A stretch of DNA of 64,000 nucleotides from Arenicellales bacterium (GTDB lineage Bacteria > Pseudomonadota > Gammaproteobacteria > Arenicellales > Poriferihabitantaceae). The stretch is from contig OY761989.1 of assembly GCA_963665165.1 (NCBI GenBank), positions 350,417 through 414,416 of the forward strand, written 5' to 3'. The notes under the pieces are model-generated. The model was not told the origin of the DNA and searched no databases. It saw nothing but the letters and a program-made list of their open reading frames with translations. Within the stretch, counting starts at the first letter, position 1. Every line of letters begins with the position of its first letter. This document shows positions 36,968 to 45,935 of this stretch, piece after piece. A program made the translations under genes and the position numbers.

Positions 36968-37803
36968 CCGTCGGCTTTCTGCATTCACTGGTCAGAAGGG
37001 AGGAAAAACTTCTGATCGGGGAATTCAACCAGCGCCGGAATGTCAATCTGGTCCTGATCGATGACCGCCGGCTTTGTTTCGATTTGAAGCATCGCCCCGA
37101 AGTCGACGTGATCGTCGAACGCAGCATCAATCACTCACGGGCGCTTCATGCGCTCAGGCTTTACCAGGGCCTCGGAATCCCCTGCGTAAACAGTTATGAC
37201 GTTTCCCTGACTTGCGGTGACAAGATACTCACTGCGGCGGCATTGCAGGATCACGGCGTTGCGCAGCCGGATTTGAGAATCGCCTTCACGATCGAGTCCG
37301 CTCTCAAAGCCATTGAGGAGCTCGGCTATCCGGTGGTGCTGAAACCCGCCGTCGGCTCCTGGGGCAGGCTGTTGTCCAGGGTAAATGACCGGGACGCCGC
37401 GGAAACCATCCTCGAACACAAGGCTGTTCTCGGCAGCTACCACCATTCCATCTTTTTCATACAAAAATATATCGACAAAAGAGGCCGGGACATTCGCGCG
37501 TTTGTAGTGGGAAACGATTGTATCGCCGCGATTTACCGCAGCTCCACGCACTGGATCACGAATACCGCCCGTGGAGCGACGGCCAGTTGCTGCCCGGTCA
37601 CTCCGGAATTGGGTGAACTCTGCCTGAGCGCCGCGAAAGCGGTCGGTGGCGGCGTATTGGCTATCGACCTGTTCGAATCAACTGACGGCTTTCTGGTCAA
37701 TGAAGTAAACTACACCATGGAATTTCGAAACAGTATCGACACCACAGGTATTCATATTCCGGGCAAGGTGGTGGATCATGTCCTGTCCTGCACAAATGGC
37801 TGA
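36955..37803 (+). CDS. lysX: ATP-grasp LysW ligase (LysX/ArgX, RimK family)
   Basis: [50 protein letters not shown]. Confidence 0.92.
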   Translation: MGSITVGFLHSLVRREEKLLIGEFNQRRNVNLVLIDDRRLCFDLKHRPEVDVIVERSINHSRALHALRLYQGLGIPCVNSYDVSLTCGDKILTAAALQDHGVAQPDLRIAFTIESALKAIEELGYPVVLKPAVGSWGRLLSRVNDRDAAETILEHKAVLGSYHHSIFFIQKYIDKRGRDIRAFVVGNDCIAAIYRSSTHWITNTARGATASCCPVTPELGELCLSAAKAVGGGVLAIDLFESTDGFLVNEVNYTMEFRNSIDTTGIHIPGKVVDHVLSCTNG

Positions 37804-37814
37804 CCCCGAAAACC

Positions 37815-38861
37815 ATGCCGGATAACCCTCCTCCCGTACGGGTTTCGATTGCCGGCGGCAGCGGTTACGCCGGTGGCGAACTGGTCCGGTTATTGCTGGA
37901 TCATCCCGGCGCCAGCCTGCATCAGGTCACTTCGGAGCGGTTTGCGGGAAAGCGGGTGAGCCGGGTTCACCCGAATCTGCGCAAAATAACCACGCTCCCG
38001 TTCTGTTCAATCGCCGACCTTGAACCATGCGATCTGCTGTTCCTGAGTCTGCCCCATGGTCACGCGATGCAAAAACTCGGGCATTTCAAATCCCTGGCGC
38101 CGAAAATAATTGATCTGAGCGGGGATTTCCGGTTACAGGACGCGACGGCATACCGCACCTGGTACGGACGCGACCACTGTTGCCCCGAATATTTAAGCCA
38201 ATTCGTTTATGGCATCCCGGAAATCAACCGGAATGCCATCCGCAACGCTTCACGGGTTACCGGCGCCGGATGCAACGCCACTGCGGCCCTGCTCGGGCTG
38301 CGCCCCGTCTTCAGGCGCGGCCTTGCAACCAGGGCTGTGATCGAGGTCAAGGTGGGTTCCAGCGAGGGAGGTAACCGCATATCCGAAGCCAGTCACCATC
38401 CGGAACGATCCGGCGCCGTGAGGTCGTACAAGCCAACCGGGCACCGCCACATCGCGGAAATACTCCAGGAATTGGGGCCGGGTACGGATATTTCCCTGTC
38501 CGCCACCGCCATTGAAATGGTGCGCGGCATACTGGCTACGTGTCATGTTTTTCTGAAGCAACCGATGACGGAGAAGGAAATATGGAAAATCTACCGGCAG
38601 GAGTATGCAGACGAGCCATTTGTCCGGATCATCAAGGAGGCGACCGGAATTTACCGCTATCCCGAACCCAAATTGTTGAGCGGAACCAACTATTGCGACA
38701 TCGGTTTTGAAATTGACCCGCACAGTAATCGTCTGGTCGTCCTGAGCGCCATAGACAATCTGATGAAAGGCGCGGCGGGCCAGGCCGTCCAGGCATTCAA
38801 TCTGATGTGCGGTTTCCCCGAACGGACAGCGCTGGGATTCACCGGGCTGCATCCGGCCTGA
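37815..38861 (+). CDS. lysY: LysW-gamma-aminoadipyl/glutamyl-phosphate reductase (LysY, ArgC family)
   Basis: GGSGYAGGE, DLSGDFRL, GAGCNATA catalytic Cys, SHHPERSG, DNLMKGAAGQAVQ. Confidence 0.9.
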   Translation: MPDNPPPVRVSIAGGSGYAGGELVRLLLDHPGASLHQVTSERFAGKRVSRVHPNLRKITTLPFCSIADLEPCDLLFLSLPHGHAMQKLGHFKSLAPKIIDLSGDFRLQDATAYRTWYGRDHCCPEYLSQFVYGIPEINRNAIRNASRVTGAGCNATAALLGLRPVFRRGLATRAVIEVKVGSSEGGNRISEASHHPERSGAVRSYKPTGHRHIAEILQELGPGTDISLSATAIEMVRGILATCHVFLKQPMTEKEIWKIYRQEYADEPFVRIIKEATGIYRYPEPKLLSGTNYCDIGFEIDPHSNRLVVLSAIDNLMKGAAGQAVQAFNLMCGFPERTALGFTGLHPA

Positions 38862-38878
38862 ACCCTGGAGGTCAAGCC

Positions 38879-39532
38879 GTGTGCCGGTTATTACTGTTGG
38901 AGCGCCGGGGCGGGATGGAGCCCGGCCCTCATCTTGACGCTTTCAGGGCGCTTTCGAAAAACAGCCCGGAGTACCAGGGGCATGGCTGGGGATGCGCCTG
39001 GCTGAACCCGGATCGTTCCTGGTCCCTGCACCACAGTATCCAGCCAGTCTGGGAGGATACCCGCTCATTTCCGGAAACCACGTTGTTTCTGGCTCATGCA
39101 AGAAGCGCTTTTCGCAACGAGGGGATTACGGTTCGAAACAACATGCCATTTTGTGACGGCAGTCGGGTCTTCCTGTTCAATGGCGAACTGCGCGGTGTCA
39201 GAATAAAGGCCGAAGGCAGAATTGGCGCCGAAAAGATATTCAACACGCTCAGGAAATTCAACTCGGGCGATATTTCTGAAGCCGTCCGGCGCGGCGTGGA
39301 GGTCATTAACAAACGAACCCGTTATGTCCGGGCGATGAACTTTTTCCTTGCGGATTCCAGGACAGTCCGGATTTACAGCCAGTTTTCCGAAAACCCCGAT
39401 TACTTCCAGTTGCGCGGGACTACCTGCGATGATGTCCGGGTTGTCTGCTCGCAAACCTACGACTCAGGCGGCAGTCACTGGCACAGGATACCCAACAACC
39501 ATTTCTACGCCATCGACCTGGCCCGGGACTGA
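38879..39532 (+). CDS. Class II glutamine amidotransferase-like Ntn hydrolase (EgtC/YafJ-like), 217 aa
   Basis: GGAGG RBS 38867-38871, 7 nt before GTG 38879, giving M-C-R (N-terminal Cys nucleophile); HGWG, LAHARSA, NNMPF, FNGEL. Confidence 0.85.
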   Translation: MCRLLLLERRGGMEPGPHLDAFRALSKNSPEYQGHGWGCAWLNPDRSWSLHHSIQPVWEDTRSFPETTLFLAHARSAFRNEGITVRNNMPFCDGSRVFLFNGELRGVRIKAEGRIGAEKIFNTLRKFNSGDISEAVRRGVEVINKRTRYVRAMNFFLADSRTVRIYSQFSENPDYFQLRGTTCDDVRVVCSQTYDSGGSHWHRIPNNHFYAIDLARD

Positions 39533-40324
39533 ATGATTATCATAAAAATCGGCGGCGGAGAGGCGATCAACCTGCCCGAAATCATCCAGGACCTGGTGGC
39601 GCTCGAACAGCCGTATCTCGTGGTTCACGGCGCGAACGCCTTGCGCGATCATATTGTGGAGAAAATGGGTTTCACCAAAAACATCGTGACTTCCCTCTCC
39701 GGCTATAGCAGTGTTTTTTCCGATGACAATGCCCTTGACGCCATTATGATGGCGTACAGCGGATTGCGAAACAAGCGCATCGTTGAATTATTCCAGCGCC
39801 ATGGCGTCAACGCAGTGGGGCTGACCGGGCTGGATGGGCGGCTTGTGCAGGGAGTTCGCAATAAAGGCATCCGGGTAATGGAAAACGGCAAAAAAATGTT
39901 GAAAAGAGACCGCTCCGGCAAGCCGGAAAGGATCAATACCGGCCTGGTCAACCTGTTGATGGGTGAAGGTTATGTTCCGGTACTGACCATCCCCATCTGC
40001 GACGAAAACGGCTACGCAATCAATTCGGAGAATGACGACGTGGTTGCCCGGTTCCAGGCTGCTCTCGGGGCGGATACGATCATCCAGTTGATCGAGGCTG
40101 CCGGCCTGCTGGAAGACATCGGCAACCCGGACTCACTGATCCGGAAAGTGTGTCGATCGGAACTCGCCACACGCGAACGGATGGCGCAAGGCAGAATGAG
40201 GCGGAAGCTGCATGCCCTGAACCGGATAGCCCGCGCCGGGAATGCCAGAATCATCCTCTGCGATGGGCGAATCGAACAACCGATTACGGCGGCCCTGGCC
40301 GGCGGCGGCACCTGGATCGAGTAA
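39533..40324 (+). CDS. lysZ: LysW-gamma-aminoadipate/glutamate kinase (LysZ, ArgB family)
   Basis: IKIGGG, VVHGAN, GLTGLDG, GRMRRKL basic patch, C-terminal GGGT. Confidence 0.9.
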   Translation: MIIIKIGGGEAINLPEIIQDLVALEQPYLVVHGANALRDHIVEKMGFTKNIVTSLSGYSSVFSDDNALDAIMMAYSGLRNKRIVELFQRHGVNAVGLTGLDGRLVQGVRNKGIRVMENGKKMLKRDRSGKPERINTGLVNLLMGEGYVPVLTIPICDENGYAINSENDDVVARFQAALGADTIIQLIEAAGLLEDIGNPDSLIRKVCRSELATRERMAQGRMRRKLHALNRIARAGNARIILCDGRIEQPITAALAGGGTWIE

Positions 40325-40332
40325 AAACGGCC

Positions 40333-41484
40333 ATGCTGCTCGAACAAAAATACGGTTTTGAGGTCTACCCGAAACGTGAGATAACCCTGGTTCGCGGACA
40401 GGGGGCGCTGGTCTGGGATGACCGGGGCAATTCGTATATCGACTGCGCCGCCGGAATTGGCGTCGCCAGTATCGGTCATGCCAATCCGGTCGTGGCGCGG
40501 GCGCTAAAACGCCAGGCGGACCGGCTGGTTTCGTGTCCGGGCATCTTCTACAACGATATCCGGGGCGAGTGGATGGAGAAACTGGTGTCCATCAGCCCGA
40601 CCGGCCTGAATCGGGTTTTCCTCTGCAATTCCGGTACGGAGGCCGTCGAGGCCGCCTTGAAATTCGCCCGCATCACCACCGGGAAAAACGGCTTCATCAG
40701 CGCCATGCGCGGGTTTCACGGACGAACGATGGGCGCGCTGAGCGCGACCTTCAAGTACCGGGACGAATTTGAGCCGCTGCTTCCCGGCCACCGCTTCGTG
40801 CCCTTCAACAACCTGGAAAAACTGGTCCGGGCGATTGACGATGAGACCGCCGCCATTCTTCTGGAAGTCGTCCAGGGTGACGGCGGCGTTCGACCGGCAG
40901 ACAACCGCTATCTCCAGGCCGTGCGGGAAATTTGCGATACCAGCGGGATCCTGCTGATCATCGACGAGGTGCAGACCGGGTTCGCCCGCACCGGAAAAAT
41001 GTTTGCCTGCGAGCATTCCGGCGTACAGCCGGATATCATGACACTGGCAAAAGCAATCGCCGGCGGATTCCCGATGGGCGCCGTGCTGTGCAATGACCGT
41101 ATCTCTCCGGCGCTGGCGAAACATGGCTCCACTTTTGGCGGCAACCCGCTTGCTTGCGCCGCGGCGCTGGCAACCATCGGGTTTATTGAAGACCAGGCGC
41201 TCCCGGAGCAGGCGCGGCTGAAAGGCCGCCAGTTGGTGGGCCAGCTTGAAACCGGGCCCCTGCCGGGGGTACGGGAAATCCGCAATCTTGGATTGATGGT
41301 GGGAATCGAGCTGAAATCGAAAGCCCGCCCGGTGATCGAAAACCTGTTGAGGAACCGTGTTTTAGCGTTGCCCGCCGGTCCCACCGTAGTCCGCTTGCTG
41401 CCTCCTCTCGTCATAACCGGGGAGCAACTGTCTGAAGTCGCCGACCGCATCCACCAGGCGCTGGCCGAGGCCGCCCGGCGGTAA
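40333..41484 (+). CDS. lysJ: LysW-semialdehyde aminotransferase (LysJ, ArgD class III PLP enzyme)
   Basis: CNSGTEAVEAALK, FHGRTMG, DEVQTG, TLAKAIAGG, HGSTFGGNP; ATG 40333. Confidence 0.9.
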   Translation: MLLEQKYGFEVYPKREITLVRGQGALVWDDRGNSYIDCAAGIGVASIGHANPVVARALKRQADRLVSCPGIFYNDIRGEWMEKLVSISPTGLNRVFLCNSGTEAVEAALKFARITTGKNGFISAMRGFHGRTMGALSATFKYRDEFEPLLPGHRFVPFNNLEKLVRAIDDETAAILLEVVQGDGGVRPADNRYLQAVREICDTSGILLIIDEVQTGFARTGKMFACEHSGVQPDIMTLAKAIAGGFPMGAVLCNDRISPALAKHGSTFGGNPLACAAALATIGFIEDQALPEQARLKGRQLVGQLETGPLPGVREIRNLGLMVGIELKSKARPVIENLLRNRVLALPAGPTVVRLLPPLVITGEQLSEVADRIHQALAEAARR

Positions 41485-41505
41485 AAAGCGGCCGCTCCGT
41501 CCGTA

Positions 41506-43074
41506 TCAGGGTTGCTTTTCCCTGAAATCGAATATGTCCACGCGGTCGCCCTTGCGGCCTTCGAAAGTCATGGCTGGAGATTCGCCGATCCGGGATAGAA
41601 TACGCTGGTAATACCCGTCCAGGCCACTCCTGTCGGCGCGGATTGCGATTAGATCCATCCTGTCTTTCAAGGTCTCCGGGTTGGCTATCGCACCGAGATA
41701 ATGCCTGTGGGGCAGAAATACATCCTGCCCCGCGTAATAGTCGAGGATTCGATTGTTGCTGTAGATCCGGAAGCGGTGATAATCGTCGCCGGTTTGTTGC
41801 CTGATCCAGGTTCCGGCTTCCCGCAGATGATGTTTTGAGGTAAACCGGTCCAGCCCTTCCAGGGAATTGATCAACAGCACAAAACCGGTGGCGGCGCAGA
41901 CCGCCTTTGTTTTCCGGCTCATTCTGCCCGCGATTCTGCCCGAACGGCAAAGCGCGGTAACCGCGAACGGAACCAGCAGCATGGTCATCACCGACAAGGT
42001 AAGCGGGTAGCGGTCATTGTACAGGAATCTGAGCGCCGCGAAAGCGGCCAGTATCAGGATGTTGATCACAACGATGATTTTCCAGCACTGCCACGCCTGT
42101 TTGAAACCGGGCGTCTGTCTGTCCAGCCACGGCCGGACAAACATCCCGGCCATCAGGATCAGCACATAACCCAATGTCAGTATTTCAAGAAAATTGAAAA
42201 TCGCTTTCGCAAAAGGCAGCATCACCGCTGCCGGGTAGAGCCCTTTCTCCAGAGCGGACCGCCACATTCCGGGGGCCAGGTTGTCGATATACCCCAGCAA
42301 CTCGGTTTTCGGCGGCAGCCAGATTTTCGGGACCAGTTCCCGGGCGACCGATATCCTGCCGTCATACAGCCAGTACAAAGTGGCATAACCGAGTAACGCC
42401 AGTAAAACCAGCGCGGCGGAGATTGCCAGCTTCCGGGTCAGCCATGCCGGGGTATACCGGCCCGAAACCAGCATCCAGAACAGGATAATGCCGAGGTATA
42501 CCATTCCTTCGATACGAAAAATCGTAGCCAGCAAGCCGGTAAGGAGAAACGCGGCCAGGCCACGGTTGTTCGGGCGCTGCCAGGTTTGCACGAAAAACAC
42601 CATCATCCACAGGAAACAGGCGATATAGGGTATATCGCGCATGATCATGGACTGTATTTCATTCAATCCCGGGTAAAACAGATAGACGAACCCGGCCAGC
42701 CAGACCTGGGTTTTGTCGGCTCCCAGCATTTCGCTGAGTCGGATGAACGCGATTCCACCCACCGCACGCATGGCCGCGCCGAATATCAGTGCTGCATACT
42801 CGGCGGGCAGCGGTGTGATTTTGCTGATGACAGCGAGCATCAGCGGATAAAAAGGCCACTTGTACCAGGCAAGCCCGTCCTGGAAATTACCTTCGGCAAA
42901 TGCGTTTGCCGTCATCACATACCGGACCCCGTCCTCATTGATGACCGGGTCAATGTAATAACTCCACAAGGCGACAAGCAGGGAGCCGGCAACCACGCAC
43001 CCGTAAACCGGAACCCGGCTTCCTGATTCAATCCTGTATCGCAACGGGCAACCGGATTGCAAACGGGCAGCCAT
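41506..43074 (-). CDS. Polytopic membrane protein, GT-C/ArnT-like glycosyltransferase candidate
   Basis: N-terminal TM followed by IN-E-DG..Y loop, WPFYP, IMRD, FRIEG, DRY; many TMs plus a soluble C-terminal domain. Confidence 0.55.
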   Translation of the reverse strand: MAARLQSGCPLRYRIESGSRVPVYGCVVAGSLLVALWSYYIDPVINEDGVRYVMTANAFAEGNFQDGLAWYKWPFYPLMLAVISKITPLPAEYAALIFGAAMRAVGGIAFIRLSEMLGADKTQVWLAGFVYLFYPGLNEIQSMIMRDIPYIACFLWMMVFFVQTWQRPNNRGLAAFLLTGLLATIFRIEGMVYLGIILFWMLVSGRYTPAWLTRKLAISAALVLLALLGYATLYWLYDGRISVARELVPKIWLPPKTELLGYIDNLAPGMWRSALEKGLYPAAVMLPFAKAIFNFLEILTLGYVLILMAGMFVRPWLDRQTPGFKQAWQCWKIIVVINILILAAFAALRFLYNDRYPLTLSVMTMLLVPFAVTALCRSGRIAGRMSRKTKAVCAATGFVLLINSLEGLDRFTSKHHLREAGTWIRQQTGDDYHRFRIYSNNRILDYYAGQDVFLPHRHYLGAIANPETLKDRMDLIAIRADRSGLDGYYQRILSRIGESPAMTFEGRKGDRVDIFDFREKQP

Positions 43075-43107
43075 GCGGCCAGGAAGCGGAAAGCCCGGCC
43101 CGCACTG

Positions 43108-45618
43108 TCAGGACCTCAATTTCAGGTTTTGCGGGTCGTAAGGCGATTCTTCAATCACCGTGGCCCGATGCGGTTTACCGAGAATTTCTATTTCCAGTTC
43201 AGCGCCGGCCACCGCGAATTGCGGGTCAATCAGCCCCAGCGCCAGAGACTTTTCGACCCGGAAACCATAACCGCCCGAGGTCGCCCTTCCGACCAGGGCG
43301 CCATTGCGGTAAATCGCTTCCGAACCACGGGCATCGGCATCGATCACGTCATGCACTTCCAGCGTTACAAAAGCATTGCTGAAACCGCGTTTCCGCCATT
43401 CGACCAGCGCCTGTTTCCCGATGAAGTCGCTGTCCTTGTCCAGTTGGATGAAGCGGTTCAGTCCCGATTCGAACGCGCAATACTCAATCGACATTTCCCG
43501 CGGAATCAGACGATAGGATTTCTCCAGCCGCATGCTGTCCATAGCGCGAATGCCGAATGGTTTGATATCGAATTCCTCTCCGGCCTTCATGACCGCGTCA
43601 AAAATATAGTTCTGCATTTCGATCGGGTGGTGCAATTCATATCCCAGTTCACCGACAAAATTGACCCGCAAAGCCTGCGCCTGTGCGGCGCCCACATTGA
43701 TCGGTTTGCCGCAAAGCCATTTGAATTTCTCATCGGACAAATCAGTATCCGTCAATTTCTGCAGCAGCGCCCGTGATTTGGGTCCGGCGATCACCAATAC
43801 GCCATACCGGGTGGTGATATTCTGTAATTCAACACTCCCGTCCGATGGCTTGTTTTTTAGCAGGTAGTCCCAGTCATGGCGTTCCATGGCGCCGGCCGAT
43901 ACGATGTAGTAGCTGTTTTTGCCGGTTTTATAAATGGTGAATTCAGCGCGCACACCGCCGTTCAGTGACAGCATGTGGCACAGGCCGATTCGACCGATCC
44001 CCTTTGGTATTCGATTGCAAACCAGCGTCTCCAGCCAGTCCGCCGCCCCCGCGCCGCTCACTGTGAACTTTGAAAAGGCCGACATGTCCAGCAAACCCGC
44101 CTTTTCCTGGACATGCCTGCATTCCTGGCCAACGAACGGGAAGTAATTCGACCGGCGGAATGAATACCGCTCCACCACGCGCCCGTCCTCCAGCGCGGGG
44201 GAAGTGTTGTGCCCCAGCAAGACGTCTCCGCTTCCGATCTGGCTGGCTGGCAACCGATAGCCTTCCGGCACAAACCAGTTCGGTCTTTCCCAACCATAGA
44301 CATGACCGAAAACCGCACCCAGCGACTTCATGCGGTCATAGCATGGCGAGGTTTTCAGTGGTGTCGCCGCCGGCCGTTCCTCGTCAGGGAAATGGTTTGT
44401 AAACACGTTGCGATAGGCTTCCTCGTTTTTCTCAAGCAAATAACCGCGGGCGGCATAAGGTCCGTACCTTCTGGGATCCACACCCATCATGTCCACAGTC
44501 GGCTCGCCATCGACAATCCACTCCGCCAGTTGCCAACCCGCGCCGCCGGCCGCGGTAATACCAAAGCTGTGTCCTTCATTGAGCCAGAAGTTTTCAAGCT
44601 CCCAGGCGGGCCCGACAATCGGGTTTCCGTCCGGGGTATACGCGATAGCGCCGTTATACACCTGCTTGATTCCCACTTCCCCAAACGCGGGAACGCGATG
44701 GATACACGCTTCGATATGCGGGATCAAACGGTCGATGTCTTCCTGGAACAACTCATTTTCGCAGTCCACGGACGGGCCATCCACATAGCAGCAAGGAGCG
44801 CCTGCCTCATAGGGTCCGAGCAATAATCCTCCGGCTTCCTCTCTCAGGTAGTAACCCGCGTCCGATTCCCTGAGTACGCCCTGTTCAGGCAGGCCCCGCT
44901 CTTTTCGGGCCAGGATTTCAGGATGGGGTTCAGTAACAATATACTGGTGCTGCACCGGAATCACCGGAATATCCAGTCCTACCATTTCTCCTGTTTTTCT
45001 GGCAAAGTTGCCGGTGCATGAAATCACATGCTCGCAACGAATATCCCCCTTGTCGGTGACCACCCGCCATCCTCCATTGTCCTGTTCAATCGCGTTCACA
45101 CAGGTGTGTCGATAAATTTCAGCGCCCCGGGCACGAGCGGCTTTGGCAAAAGCCGTGGTCAGGTCGTTAGGTTGAATATACCCGTCCTGCGGATGTTGTA
45201 TGGCGCCGACCAATCCTTCAATGTTGCACATCGGCCATGCCTGCCTGACTTCATCGGGAGTCAGGAACCGGATATCCACCCCGACGGTCTTGCCCACCCC
45301 GGCATAGTAACGATATTCATCCATCCTGTCTTCAGTACAGGCCAGCCGAATATTGCTTACCTGCCTGAATCCTGTAGACAATCCTGTTTCCTTTTCAAGC
45401 TCCTGGTAGAAAGCGACCGAATACTGATGCAGTTTTCCCACTGAATAGCTCATGTTGAATAACGGCAACAGTCCGGCCGCATGCCACGTAGAGCCGGATG
45501 TCAGCTCTTTTCGTTCGATCAGCACGGAATCTGTCCATCCCTTTTTTACCAGGTGATAAAGTGTACTGGCGCCGACAACGCCGCCGCCTATGACCAAGGC
45601 CTTTGTGCGGGTTTTCAT
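43108..45618 (-). CDS. FAD-dependent oxidoreductase with GcvT domain (dimethylglycine/sarcosine dehydrogenase-like)
   Basis: IGGGVVG, LTSGSTWHAAG, YTPDGNP, GWERPNWF, GELGYELH, SMRLEKSY. Confidence 0.9.
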   Translation of the reverse strand: MKTRTKALVIGGGVVGASTLYHLVKKGWTDSVLIERKELTSGSTWHAAGLLPLFNMSYSVGKLHQYSVAFYQELEKETGLSTGFRQVSNIRLACTEDRMDEYRYYAGVGKTVGVDIRFLTPDEVRQAWPMCNIEGLVGAIQHPQDGYIQPNDLTTAFAKAARARGAEIYRHTCVNAIEQDNGGWRVVTDKGDIRCEHVISCTGNFARKTGEMVGLDIPVIPVQHQYIVTEPHPEILARKERGLPEQGVLRESDAGYYLREEAGGLLLGPYEAGAPCCYVDGPSVDCENELFQEDIDRLIPHIEACIHRVPAFGEVGIKQVYNGAIAYTPDGNPIVGPAWELENFWLNEGHSFGITAAGGAGWQLAEWIVDGEPTVDMMGVDPRRYGPYAARGYLLEKNEEAYRNVFTNHFPDEERPAATPLKTSPCYDRMKSLGAVFGHVYGWERPNWFVPEGYRLPASQIGSGDVLLGHNTSPALEDGRVVERYSFRRSNYFPFVGQECRHVQEKAGLLDMSAFSKFTVSGAGAADWLETLVCNRIPKGIGRIGLCHMLSLNGGVRAEFTIYKTGKNSYYIVSAGAMERHDWDYLLKNKPSDGSVELQNITTRYGVLVIAGPKSRALLQKLTDTDLSDEKFKWLCGKPINVGAAQAQALRVNFVGELGYELHHPIEMQNYIFDAVMKAGEEFDIKPFGIRAMDSMRLEKSYRLIPREMSIEYCAFESGLNRFIQLDKDSDFIGKQALVEWRKRGFSNAFVTLEVHDVIDADARGSEAIYRNGALVGRATSGGYGFRVEKSLALGLIDPQFAVAGAELEIEILGKPHRATVIEESPYDPQNLKLRS

Positions 45619-45776
45619 AATTGATGATGCCTCTGGAAAGTCTGGTTAATATTTTGACTGACAGGTCGCGACCGACCTGCCGGTGTCTGTATGTCGTTCA
45701 TTTCCTGGTATCGGAGATAAACACCGGATACAGGGACGCGCGGCCTTGAATTTTATTGTATATTACTTCGCTTATC

Positions 45777-45882
45777 TGTGGATAAATTCAGCTTTTGCGA
45801 TTAGACTTAAGTGGTCCGGTCGGCCCGACCGTACTTAAAAAAAGAAAGCATATGTTCTTTATTGTTTTAAATCAATAGTTTA
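45777..45882. promoter_or_regulatory. DnaA box plus IHF site upstream of dnaA
   Basis: TGTGGATAA at 45777-45785 (perfect TTATCCACA on minus strand); AATCAATAGTTTA at 45870-45882 matches IHF consensus WATCAANNNNTTR; AT-rich. Confidence 0.75.
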
Positions 45883-45935
45883 GATAGCATGGAATTGCCG
45901 ATTCAAGAAAACAACGAAAATCGGGATAACAACCA

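Noticed and set aside
38807..38878. ORF-track N-terminal extension of the amidotransferase (similarly for valS, lptG, lysJ and hemW)
   Set aside because: These extensions overlap upstream genes; downstream starts fit RBS position and family N-termini, including the required Cys at position 2
45619..45935. Searched for a short rpmH ORF upstream of dnaA
   Set aside because: No MKRT-type basic ORF found; the MKTRTK start at 45618 belongs to the GcvT-like gene
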